Assembly (NCBI GenBank): GCA_965228895.1
Contig: OZ245842.1
Span: 2,720,001-2,784,000 of the forward strand
Reading direction: 5' to 3'
Length of the DNA: 64,000 nt
Origin: Alphaproteobacteria bacterium
GTDB taxonomy: Bacteria > Pseudomonadota > Alphaproteobacteria > SP197
This document shows positions 55,463 to 64,000 of the stretch, in pieces; position 1 is the stretch's first letter, and each line of letters opens with the position of its first letter. Below the pieces are notes generated by a model, which saw only the letters and a program-made list of their open reading frames with translations, was not told where the DNA came from and made no database searches. The translations under genes were made by a program, and so were the position numbers.

Positions 55463-56992
55463 ATGGCTCAGACTAGTCCGCATGACCTCTCCGTTGTCGG
55501 CGACGACGACGTTACCTATCGCACGATGCCGCATAACGAGGAGGCCGAACAGGCGTTGCTTGGCGCCATCCTCGTGAACAACGATGCGATGAACCGTGTC
55601 GGCGACTTCCTGCGCGCCGACCACTTTTATCTGCCGGTTCATGGACGGATCTTCGACGCCATCGAACGACTCATCGAGCGTGGTCAAATCGCCAACCCGG
55701 TCACGCTCAAGACCTTCTTCGAACAGGATGAGGCCTTGGTCGATATCGGCGGCGCCGACTATCTGGCGCGCCTGGCAAGCTCCGCCGCGACGATCATCAA
55801 TGCCGCGGAGTACGGACGGCAAATTCACGACCACTACGTCAGGCGCGAACTGATTTCGATCGGAGAAGATGTCGTGAACGACGCCTTCGAAGCCGATGTC
55901 GACAACAGTGCCGACAGCCAGATCGAGAACGCCGAAAAGTCGCTGTTCGATTTGGCGGAGTCCGGTTCCTACAAGCGCGACTTCCGAAGCTTCAAGGAGG
56001 TCGCGGTGGGCGCCCTGGAGATGATGGAAGCGGCCTATCGCCACCAGTCAGGCATGATCGGCATCTCGACCGGTCTACGCGATCTCGATGACCTGTTGGG
56101 TGGCATGCACAAGTCCGATCTGGTCATCCTGGCGGCGCGCCCGGGCATGGGTAAAACCTCGTTCACCATGAACGTCGCGCTGCATGCCGCCAAGCAGTAC
56201 CGGGCCGAAGTTCAGGAAGACGGCACGGCCAAGGTCGTCGACGGTGCCGTCGTCGGTTTCTTTTCGCTGGAGATGTCGGCGGAGCAGCTGGCCACCCGCG
56301 TGCTGTCCGAAGCATCCGGCATTCCTTCCGAGATGCTTCGGCGCGGCCAGATCAACGCGCGCGATTTCGACGCCATCGTGCGGGCCAGCCAGGAACTGTC
56401 GCGCATTCCGCTCTATCTCGACGATACGCCGGCACTCTCGATCCAGGGTCTGAGGACCCGCGCCAGGCGGCTCAAGCGCCAACACGGACTCTCCTTCATC
56501 ATCGTCGACTACCTGCAACTGGTCAGGCCAAGCGCGCGCTCAAACAGCGACAACCGGGTCCAGGAGGTTTCCGAGGTGACCCAGGGCCTGAAAGCGCTGG
56601 CCAAGGAGCTCGATGTGCCGGTCGTCGCCTGCTCCCAGCTGTCGCGCGCGGTCGAGCAGCGGGAGGACAAAAGGCCCCTGCTCTCCGATCTCCGCGAATC
56701 CGGCTCGATCGAGCAAGATGCTGATATCGTTATGTTTCTTTACCGTGAGGACTATTATCTCGCCCGTCAGGAGCCGCAGGCCAAGGTCGGCGAGGACGAG
56801 TCGGACGCCAAATACCGCGAACGGCTTGAACACTGGCAGCAAAGGATGGAAAAGAGGCGCGGCATTACCGAGGTGATCATCGCCAAACAACGCCACGGCG
56901 CCACCGGCGACGTCGAGGTCTACTTTGACGGCGCGACGACCAAGTACACGGATCTGGAGACCCGTTATTCACCTGACGACGGACCACATTGA
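55463..56992 (+). CDS. dnaB: replicative DNA helicase
   Basis: PHN.EAEQALLG, LAARPGMGKT, FSLEMSAEQL, VDYLQL, SQLSR, RP.LSDLRESGSIEQDAD, KQRHG; no intein. Confidence 0.98.
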   Translation: MAQTSPHDLSVVGDDDVTYRTMPHNEEAEQALLGAILVNNDAMNRVGDFLRADHFYLPVHGRIFDAIERLIERGQIANPVTLKTFFEQDEALVDIGGADYLARLASSAATIINAAEYGRQIHDHYVRRELISIGEDVVNDAFEADVDNSADSQIENAEKSLFDLAESGSYKRDFRSFKEVAVGALEMMEAAYRHQSGMIGISTGLRDLDDLLGGMHKSDLVILAARPGMGKTSFTMNVALHAAKQYRAEVQEDGTAKVVDGAVVGFFSLEMSAEQLATRVLSEASGIPSEMLRRGQINARDFDAIVRASQELSRIPLYLDDTPALSIQGLRTRARRLKRQHGLSFIIVDYLQLVRPSARSNSDNRVQEVSEVTQGLKALAKELDVPVVACSQLSRAVEQREDKRPLLSDLRESGSIEQDADIVMFLYREDYYLARQEPQAKVGEDESDAKYRERLEHWQQRMEKRRGITEVIIAKQRHGATGDVEVYFDGATTKYTDLETRYSPDDGPH

Positions 56993-58088
56993 GCGCGCTG
57001 CCACCGAACTGATTATTGACCTGGATGCGCTGGCGGCCAATTGGCGCCAGCTCAACGAGCGTGTGGCCCCGGGCCTGTGCGCCGGCATGGTCAAGGCCAA
57101 TGCGTATGGGCTTGGCCTGAACCGCGTCGCGCCCGCGCTCTATGAGGCCGGCTGCCGCCACTTCTTTACCGCCAACACCTTCGGCGCCATGAAGCTGAAG
57201 AAGCTTCTGCCCGGCTGCCACGCCTTTGTCCTGAACGGCCTGACCGTCGGCACCGACAAGGTGTTTCTCGAAAATGATCTGATCCCGGTTCTCAACGATC
57301 TCGGCCAGATCGAACACTGGTCGGCGACGGCGCGCCGCGAAGAACGCCCGTTGAAGGCCATGATCCACCTGGATACCGGGATGGCGCGCCTGGGCCTGCC
57401 GCCCTATGAGGTCGACACGCTGGTCGAGCAGCCGGACCTCTTGGACGGTATCGACGTCACCTACTACGCCAGCCACCTGGCCTGCGCCGATGAGCACGAC
57501 CACCCCTTGAACAACGAACAGCTCCATGCCTTTCGCGATGCACTTGCCCGGCTGCCGAAGGCGCCGGCGAGCCTGGCCAACTCCTCGGGCATTTTCCTGG
57601 GGTCGGAGTATCACTTCGACCTGTCGCGGCCGGGCTACGCGGTCTATGGCGGCAACCCGACGCCGGGCCGCGAGAACCCGATGCAGCCGGCGGTCAGGCT
57701 CCATGCGCGCATCATCCAGACCCGCGAGATCAAGGCCGGCGACCCCGTCGGCTACGGGGCGACCTATCGCGCCCGCCAGGACCAGCGCATTGCCACCATT
57801 CCGGTCGGCTACGCTGACGGGTATCTGCGCAGCCTGAGCAGCATCGGCGTGGCGCGTGTCGCCGGCCGCGAGGTTCCCCTGGTCGGCCGCGTCTCCATGG
57901 ACCTGGTCACGCTCGATGTCAGCGATATCCCCGAGGCCGACGCCCATGTCGGAACCTGGGTCGACCTGATCTGGGGACCTGATAAGCTGGATCGGTTAGC
58001 GGGTTACGCGGGAACCATAGGTTATGAGTTGTTGACCGCCCTTGGCGGGCGTTACCCCAGGAATTATCTGGGCGGTCCGCGGCAATGA
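56925..58088 (+). CDS. alr: alanine racemase
   Basis: IDL.AL..N, VKANAYGLG (PLP Lys), DTGM.RLG, SHLACAD, RPG..VYG, VGYG, GYADG, GRVSMD, TIGYE; start uncertain. Confidence 0.96.
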   Translation: MTARRPSTRIWRPVIHLTTDHIERAATELIIDLDALAANWRQLNERVAPGLCAGMVKANAYGLGLNRVAPALYEAGCRHFFTANTFGAMKLKKLLPGCHAFVLNGLTVGTDKVFLENDLIPVLNDLGQIEHWSATARREERPLKAMIHLDTGMARLGLPPYEVDTLVEQPDLLDGIDVTYYASHLACADEHDHPLNNEQLHAFRDALARLPKAPASLANSSGIFLGSEYHFDLSRPGYAVYGGNPTPGRENPMQPAVRLHARIIQTREIKAGDPVGYGATYRARQDQRIATIPVGYADGYLRSLSSIGVARVAGREVPLVGRVSMDLVTLDVSDIPEADAHVGTWVDLIWGPDKLDRLAGYAGTIGYELLTALGGRYPRNYLGGPRQ

Positions 58089-58858
58089 ATGTCTTAGCCC
58101 CGATTGGGCGGGGATTCATAGCCTTCCTGGCCGTCGCCGGCCGCCTGACCGAGTTTGCCGCCGCATCGGTGTTCTATAGCCTGACGCCGCCTTTCTACGG
58201 CCGCATGATCGGCCGTCAGATCCTGCAGATCGGCTATTTCTCCCTGCCAGTTGTCGGCCTGACGGCGATCTTCACCGGCATGGTGCTGGCGCTGCAGAGC
58301 TATACCGGCTTTTCCCGGTTCGAAGCCGAGAGCGCCGTGGCGGCCATCGTCGTCCTGTCGATCACACGCGAACTGGGTCCGGTTCTGGCCGGCCTGATGG
58401 TCGCCGGACGGGTCGGCGCAGCCATCGCCGCGGAAATCGGCACCATGCGCGTCACCGAACAAATAGACGCGCTGACCACGCTCTCGACCAACCCCTACCG
58501 CTATCTCGTGGCGCCGCGGATCATCGCCGCTGTCTTAACGATGCCGATCCTGGTCCTGATAGCCGATATCATCGGCGTGCTGGGCGGCTACATCGTCTCG
58601 ATCCACAAGCTGGGCTTCAACCCGACCGTCTACCTGTTCAACACATTCGACATTCTGGAACCGATGGACGTCATCTCCGGCCTGGTCAAGGCCGCCGTCT
58701 TCGGCTTCCTGATTGCGTTGATGGGCTGCTACCACGGCTATCATTCCGAACGCGGCGCGCAAGGCGTGGGCTCGGCGACGACCTATGCGGTGGTGTCCGG
58801 ATCGATCCTGATTCTGACCTTCAACTACATCGTCACGGAGATCTTCTTCTCGCGATGA
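58085..58858 (+). CDS. mlaE: MlaE family ABC transporter permease
   Basis: SLPVV.LT..F.GMVLALQ, RELGPVL..L.VAGRVG....AEIGTMRVTEQIDAL, G..GVG.ATT.AVV. Confidence 0.93.
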   Translation: MNVLAPIGRGFIAFLAVAGRLTEFAAASVFYSLTPPFYGRMIGRQILQIGYFSLPVVGLTAIFTGMVLALQSYTGFSRFEAESAVAAIVVLSITRELGPVLAGLMVAGRVGAAIAAEIGTMRVTEQIDALTTLSTNPYRYLVAPRIIAAVLTMPILVLIADIIGVLGGYIVSIHKLGFNPTVYLFNTFDILEPMDVISGLVKAAVFGFLIALMGCYHGYHSERGAQGVGSATTYAVVSGSILILTFNYIVTEIFFSR

Positions 58859-59634
58859 ACGCCACAGCCAACAAAATCGAAGTGCGCGGGCTGAAGAAGA
58901 GCTTCGGCAGCAAAACCGTGCTGGACGGTATCGACATCGACGTCGCGCCAGGCGAATCGCTGGTCATCATCGGCGGCTCGGGCACGGGCAAATCGGTGAC
59001 CATCAAATGCATCCTGGGTCTGATGCACCCCGATGCCGGCACCATTACGATTGACGGCCAGAACGCCATCGGCCTCCGGCGCCGCGAGCGCGACGCGATG
59101 ATGGGCAAGTTCGGCATGCTGTTTCAAGGTGGCGCCCTCTTTGACAGCATGACGGTGTGGGAGAACGTCGCCTTCTCCTTGATCCAAGGCCATCGCATGC
59201 GCCGCGACGCCGCGCGCGAGGTCGCGCTGGAAAAACTCGCCATGGTCAGGCTCGGCGAAGACGTGGCAAGCCTGCTGCCGGCCGAGCTTTCCGGCGGCAT
59301 GCTCAAACGCGTGGCGCTGGCGCGCGCCATCGCCGGAGAGCCGGAGATCATCTTTTTCGACGAGCCGACCACGGGCCTCGACCCGATCACCGCCGACGTC
59401 ATCAACAACCTGATCGCCGAAACGACATCGGAATTGAAGGTCGCCACGATCTCGATCACCCACGACATGGCGAGCGTGCGCAAGATCGCTGACAAGGTCG
59501 CCATGTTGCACGACGGCAAACTGATCTGGCAGGGACCGGTCGGCGATATCGACGACAGCGGCAATCCCTATGTCGATCAGTTCATCCACGGCCGCGCCAA
59601 GGGTCCGATCCACATGGCGATCCGTCAATCATGA
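58855..59634 (+). CDS. mlaF: MlaF family ABC transporter ATP-binding protein
   Basis: GGSGTGKS, LFQ.GALFDS, LSGGM.KRVALARA, DEPT.GLDP, ITHD. Confidence 0.92.
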   Translation: MNATANKIEVRGLKKSFGSKTVLDGIDIDVAPGESLVIIGGSGTGKSVTIKCILGLMHPDAGTITIDGQNAIGLRRRERDAMMGKFGMLFQGGALFDSMTVWENVAFSLIQGHRMRRDAAREVALEKLAMVRLGEDVASLLPAELSGGMLKRVALARAIAGEPEIIFFDEPTTGLDPITADVINNLIAETTSELKVATISITHDMASVRKIADKVAMLHDGKLIWQGPVGDIDDSGNPYVDQFIHGRAKGPIHMAIRQS

Positions 59635-59654
59635 CGACGTCGGCGACGAGCTGA

Positions 59655-61031
59655 ATGGCCAAACTCGCCAACCAGTTTGTCTGCCAGAATTGCGGCGCGG
59701 CCTATGGCAAGTGGGTCGGGCGTTGCGAATCCTGCGGTGAATGGAACACGGTCGCCGAAGAAGCCGCACCGGCCGGTCAAACGCCGGGCGGACTGAAAGG
59801 CAAGCGCAAGGGCCGCCATATCGCATTCGAGTCGCTGGCCGGTGCCTCGGAACCGCCGCCACGCATGACGACGGGCATCGCCGAGCTTGACCGCGTGTTC
59901 GGCGGTGGCTTGGTCGCCGGCTCGGTCATTCTGCTGGGCGGTGATCCCGGCATCGGCAAATCGACAATCGCCCTGCAGGGCGCCGCCCGGCTGGCGACCC
60001 AGGGCGCGCGCTGCCTTTACCTTTCCGGCGAAGAGGCTATCGATCAGGTGCGCATGCGCGCACGCCGTCTTGACCTGGCCGACGCTCCAGTCGAACTGGC
60101 GGCCGCGACCGACGTACGCAACATCCTGACCAGCCTGGAAGGCGAGCGCGCGGACCTTGTGGTCATCGACTCCATCCAGACCATGTTTCTCGACAGCCTG
60201 GAATCGGCGCCCGGCACCGTCGGCCAGGTGCGTGGCGCCTCCCAGGAGCTGATCCGCCACGCCAAGGCGACCGGTACGGTGGTGATTCTGATCGGCCACG
60301 TGACCAAGGAAGGCCAACTCGCCGGACCCAAGGTGCTGGAGCACATGGTCGACACGGTCCTGTACTTTGAGGGCGAGCGCGGCCATCAATTCCGCATCCT
60401 GCGCGCGGTGAAGAACCGTTTCGGCGCGACCGACGAGATCGGCGTCTTCGAAATGACCGATCACGGATTGGAAGAGGTCGCCAACCCGTCGGCGATGTTC
60501 CTCGACAACCGGGACGACGACGTCGCGGGGTCGGCCGTCTTCGCCGGCATCGAGGGCAGCCGGCCGATGCTGGTCGAGATCCAGGCGCTGGTGGCGCCGT
60601 CGCCGCTGGGCACGCCCCGGCGCGCGGTGGTCGGCTGGGATACAGGCCGCCTGGCCATGGTTTTGGCGGTCCTGGACGCGCGCTGTGGTCTTGCCCTGGG
60701 CGGTCACGATGTCTATTTGAATGTCGCGGGAGGCCTGAGGATTCAGGAGCCTGCGGCCGATCTAGCGGTGGCGGCGGCCCTGATTTCGTCCTATGCAGGC
60801 GCTCCCTTGGCAGCAACGACGGTGCTTTTTGGCGAAATCGGCCTGTCCGGCGAGGTTCGGCCGGTCAGCCAGGCCGCAGCCCGATTGCGGGAAGCCGGCA
60901 AACTGGGTTTCAACCGCGCCATCGTGCCGTCGCGCAGCAAAGGGGCCAAAGCCGGCGCGGCGCTGAAGCTGGAGCCGGTCGAGGAACTGGGCCAATTGGT
61001 CGATCTGATTCGCGGGAGCACACGCGGCTGA
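59655..61031 (+). CDS. radA: DNA repair protein RadA/Sms
   Basis: C..C...W.G.C..C zinc finger, GDPGIGKST, GHVTK.G..AGP, KNRFG, Lon-like C-terminal domain. Confidence 0.97.
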   Translation: MAKLANQFVCQNCGAAYGKWVGRCESCGEWNTVAEEAAPAGQTPGGLKGKRKGRHIAFESLAGASEPPPRMTTGIAELDRVFGGGLVAGSVILLGGDPGIGKSTIALQGAARLATQGARCLYLSGEEAIDQVRMRARRLDLADAPVELAAATDVRNILTSLEGERADLVVIDSIQTMFLDSLESAPGTVGQVRGASQELIRHAKATGTVVILIGHVTKEGQLAGPKVLEHMVDTVLYFEGERGHQFRILRAVKNRFGATDEIGVFEMTDHGLEEVANPSAMFLDNRDDDVAGSAVFAGIEGSRPMLVEIQALVAPSPLGTPRRAVVGWDTGRLAMVLAVLDARCGLALGGHDVYLNVAGGLRIQEPAADLAVAAALISSYAGAPLAATTVLFGEIGLSGEVRPVSQAAARLREAGKLGFNRAIVPSRSKGAKAGAALKLEPVEELGQLVDLIRGSTRG

Positions 61032-61705
61032 TGGAAGACTTGCCGCTGACAATCACCGATTTCGCGGTCCTGGGCATCGTGTTCCTGTCCGGGTTCCTGG
61101 CCTATCTGCGTGGCGCGGTGCGTGAATTCTTCTTTCTGGCGACCTGGGGTGGCGCGATCGCCGCGACGGTCTTCGTCTATGACAAGACCCTGCCGTTCGC
61201 CCAACAGTGGATCGAAGACCCCCTGCTCGCCTCGATCGCCAACGGTGCGGCGCTCTTTGTCATCACGCTCACGATCATGACCATCGTCTCGGCGATGGTC
61301 GTCAAGCGGGCCGAGAACTCCTCGCTGACGGCGCTCGACCGCTCGCTTGGTTTTGTCTTCGGCGTGGTGCGCGGCGTCTTTGTCGTCTGTGTCATCTACC
61401 TGCTCTACACGCTGGCCGCGCCCATTGAAGAGCAGCCGTCATGGCTGAAAAACGCCAAGTTCACGCCGCTGATCGCCGAGGGTGCCGAAATGATGCTGGC
61501 CGTGGTGCCGGAAGACTGGGACCTGCAGGGCGAGCGCGTGATGAACCAATTGAAGGAATCCTCATCCGCCATCGAGCCGGTGGTCGACTACAACGACCTG
61601 GTCAATCCCCAGCCCGGTGAGACAACGGATGGCAATTCCGACGAACCAGGGTATAACGACGACGACCGATCGGCCCTGGACGACGTCATCGACACCGAAC
61701 AATAG
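61031..61705 (+). CDS. cvpA: CvpA family membrane protein
   Basis: D......S......RG.VRE, LDRSLGF.FG..RG; between radA and purF. Confidence 0.9.
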   Translation: MEDLPLTITDFAVLGIVFLSGFLAYLRGAVREFFFLATWGGAIAATVFVYDKTLPFAQQWIEDPLLASIANGAALFVITLTIMTIVSAMVVKRAENSSLTALDRSLGFVFGVVRGVFVVCVIYLLYTLAAPIEEQPSWLKNAKFTPLIAEGAEMMLAVVPEDWDLQGERVMNQLKESSSAIEPVVDYNDLVNPQPGETTDGNSDEPGYNDDDRSALDDVIDTEQ

Positions 61706-61721
61706 GGCGACGACCGAACAC

Positions 61722-63188
61722 GTGACCCGCTTCACCATTGACCATCCCTTTGCCGGCGACAAACTCCGTGAGGAGTGTGGCGTGTTCGGCATCAAGGGCA
61801 ATGAATCCGCCAGCGCCCACACGGCGCTCGGCCTGCATGCCCTGCAGCATCGCGGTCAGGAAGCCGCCGGCATCGTCTCTTTCAACGGCGGCCAGTTTCA
61901 CGTTCAGCGCAGCCTGGGCCTGGTTGCCGACGGGTTTGGCGATCCCAAGGTGATCGATCAGCTCAAGGGTGATTCAGCGATCGGGCACAACCGGTACGCG
62001 ACCACCGGCGATACGATCCTGCGCAATGTGCAGCCGATCTTTGTCGAGACCTCAATGGGCGGTCTGGCGCTGGCCCATAACGGCAACCTGACCAACGCCC
62101 ATCTGCTGCGCCGCGAACTCGTACAAAGGGGCGCACTGTTCCAATCGACCTTGGACACCGAGGTCATCGTACACTTGGTTGCGCTCAGCAGATTCACCAC
62201 GTTGCCTGACCGACTGATCGACGCCTTGAAACAGGTGGTCGGCGCGTATTCGCTCGTCGCGCTCACCGATTCAGCGTTGATCGGCGTGCGCGATCCCATG
62301 GGCGTACGGCCATTGGTCCTGGGCGACCTGCAGGGCGCGCCGGTGCTGGCGTCGGAGACCTGCGCCCTGGATATTCTCGGCGCCGACTGGGTACGCGATA
62401 TCGAACCCGGCGAGATGGTGATCGCCACGGCCGACGGACTCCAATCGCTCAAACCCTTCGAACCGGAGCCCGAACGTTTCTGTATTTTCGAGTACATCTA
62501 CTTCGCCCGGCCCGACAGCATGGTCGAGGAGCGCAACGTCTATGACGCGCGCAAGCACATGGGGCGTGAGCTGGCGCGCGAGAGCGGCGTGCCCGCCGAT
62601 ATCGTCGTGCCGGTTCCGGATTCAGGCGTGCCCGCGGCCCTGGGTTACGCGGAAGAGGCAAGCCTGCCGTTCGACCTCGGCATCATCCGCAACCACTATG
62701 TCGGCCGCACCTTTATCGAGCCGACCGATCATATCCGCCATCTGGGCGTCAAGCTGAAGCACAACGCCAACCGGGGCCAGGTCGCCGGCAAGCGTGTCAT
62801 TCTGATCGATGACTCCATCGTGCGCGGCACGACGTCGACCAAGATCGTCACCATGATGCGGGAAGCCGGCGCGACCGAAGTCCACATGCGGATCGCCAGC
62901 CCGCCGACGACCCATTCGTGTTTCTATGGCGTCGATACGCCGTCGCGTAAAGAGCTGCTCGCCGCGCGCATGGATGTCGAGGAGATGCGATCGTTCATCG
63001 GTGTCGATTCGCTCGCCTTCCTCTCCGTCGACGGTCTTTACCGCGCGGCCGGACAGGCCGGCGGGCGGCTATCGAACCAGCCGCAGTACTGCGATGCCTG
63101 TCTGACCGGCGACTATCCGATCCCGCTCGTCGACCGCGACGGCGGACACGACGCCAACCAGCTTTCCCTGCTGCACGATTACGAGTGA
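61722..63188 (+). CDS. purF: amidophosphoribosyltransferase
   Basis: EECGVFG (propeptide followed by catalytic Cys), LQHRGQE, HNGNL, FEYIYFARPDS, DDSIVRGTT, CFYG.D, C.AC..G.YP. Confidence 0.97.
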   Translation: MTRFTIDHPFAGDKLREECGVFGIKGNESASAHTALGLHALQHRGQEAAGIVSFNGGQFHVQRSLGLVADGFGDPKVIDQLKGDSAIGHNRYATTGDTILRNVQPIFVETSMGGLALAHNGNLTNAHLLRRELVQRGALFQSTLDTEVIVHLVALSRFTTLPDRLIDALKQVVGAYSLVALTDSALIGVRDPMGVRPLVLGDLQGAPVLASETCALDILGADWVRDIEPGEMVIATADGLQSLKPFEPEPERFCIFEYIYFARPDSMVEERNVYDARKHMGRELARESGVPADIVVPVPDSGVPAALGYAEEASLPFDLGIIRNHYVGRTFIEPTDHIRHLGVKLKHNANRGQVAGKRVILIDDSIVRGTTSTKIVTMMREAGATEVHMRIASPPTTHSCFYGVDTPSRKELLAARMDVEEMRSFIGVDSLAFLSVDGLYRAAGQAGGRLSNQPQYCDACLTGDYPIPLVDRDGGHDANQLSLLHDYE

Positions 63189-63192
63189 CGTG

Positions 63193-63927
63193 ATGGCTGA
63201 ACCCGCCGAGGGCCGCCTGGAAGGCGCCGTGGCCCTGGTCACGGGCGCATCACGCGGCATCGGCCGCGCCGTCGCGCGCCGCTTCGCCGCGGAAGGCGCC
63301 CATGTGGTTGCCGTCGCCCGCACCACCGGCGGGCTTGAGGAACTGGACGACGAGGTCCGTGCCGCCGGCGGTCACAGCGCAACCCTGGTGCCGCTCGATC
63401 TCGCCGACTTTGAGGCTATCGACCGACTGGGCGGCGCGCTCTTCGAGCGACACCGCAGGCTCGACGTGCTGGTCGGCAACGCGGCCCAGCTCGGCACACT
63501 CAGCCCGACCGGACACATCGATCCACAGACATGGCAGCAGGTCATGGATATCAACGTCACCGCCAATTGGCGTTTGATCCGCAGCATGGATCCCTTGCTG
63601 CGCCAAGCGCCGGCCGGCCGCGCCATCTTCGTGACCGACGCCATCACCCAGACGACGTCGCCCTATTGGTCGGCTTATGCGACGAGCAAGGCCGCGCTGG
63701 AAACCCTGGCGCTGACCTACGCGTCTGAGGTCACAAAGACGAATGTACGGGTGAACCTGCTGGCGCCGTGCGCCGTTGGCACGGCACTGCGCGCCAAAGC
63801 GTTCCCTAGCGAAAAGCCGGAAACGCTTGCCGCACCCGAGGACGTGACCGATCTCTTCGTCGATCTGGCTGTGCCGTCGTGTAAACACCACGGTGAACGC
63901 CTGTCGATAGAACCAGCGGGTTCCTGA
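63193..63927 (+). CDS. SDR family oxidoreductase (YciK-like)
   Basis: TGASRGIG, ART.GGLEELDD, N.RLIRS.DPLL, YW.AYA.SKA, RA.AFP.E. Confidence 0.88.
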   Translation: MAEPAEGRLEGAVALVTGASRGIGRAVARRFAAEGAHVVAVARTTGGLEELDDEVRAAGGHSATLVPLDLADFEAIDRLGGALFERHRRLDVLVGNAAQLGTLSPTGHIDPQTWQQVMDINVTANWRLIRSMDPLLRQAPAGRAIFVTDAITQTTSPYWSAYATSKAALETLALTYASEVTKTNVRVNLLAPCAVGTALRAKAFPSEKPETLAAPEDVTDLFVDLAVPSCKHHGERLSIEPAGS

Positions 63928-63935
63928 CGCGCAGG

Positions 63936-64000
63936 CTACGTCCGCTCGGCGTACGGGTTTTTGCCGGCCTTGAAGCGGACTCGCAGGGGGACGCCGGGCA
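63936..64000 (-). CDS. der: ribosome biogenesis GTPase Der, C-terminal fragment
   Basis: Manual translation PGVPLRVRFKAGKNPYAERT* resembles the Der C-terminus (PG.P.R.....NPY); only 20 codons are visible. Confidence 0.65.
   Translation of the reverse strand, partial: PGVPLRVRFKAGKNPYAERT

Noticed and set aside
7160-59634. mlaD separated from mlaE/mlaF by ~50 kb
   Set aside because: A split arrangement is usual in Alphaproteobacteria

Overview
This is a GC-rich alphaproteobacterial chromosome segment (Rhodospirillales-like gene order; the taxonomy is inferred) made mostly of core genes: aroQ-accB-accC-aat, NDUFA12-mlaD-DUF2155, class II ribonucleotide reductase nrdJ with NrdR boxes, panCB, aspS/rnd, hda/purMN, ndk, holC-pepA, lptFGD-surA-rsmA (no pdxA), gmk-yicC-mltG-fabF-acpP-fabG-fabD, rpsF-rpsR-DUF2232-rplI-cfa-dnaB-alr-mlaEF-radA-cvpA-purF, and partial genes at both ends (an aminotransferase and der). 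I saw no rRNA, tRNA, CRISPR array, transposase or integrase. The most interesting signals are non-coding or accessory. (1) A speF-leader-like structured RNA with a (CGA)4 run and a possible 33-codon uORF lies in front of a stand-alone GNAT acetyltransferase. (2) A suhB/MmgR-like anti-Shine-Dalgarno sRNA follows nrdJ, facing a second anti-SD hairpin on the opposite strand. (3) A ~2.8 kb lower-GC islet carries a sensor-LuxR regulator, a palindromic operator and an orphan multidomain protein. (4) An SxtJ/carbamoyltransferase/SGNH cassette is inserted between pepA and lptF. (5) pepA contains an AT-rich synonymous-codon patch. All assignments come from reading motifs by eye; no database searches were run. 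Start codons were adjusted from the ORF track where N-terminal homology or an RBS supported it.
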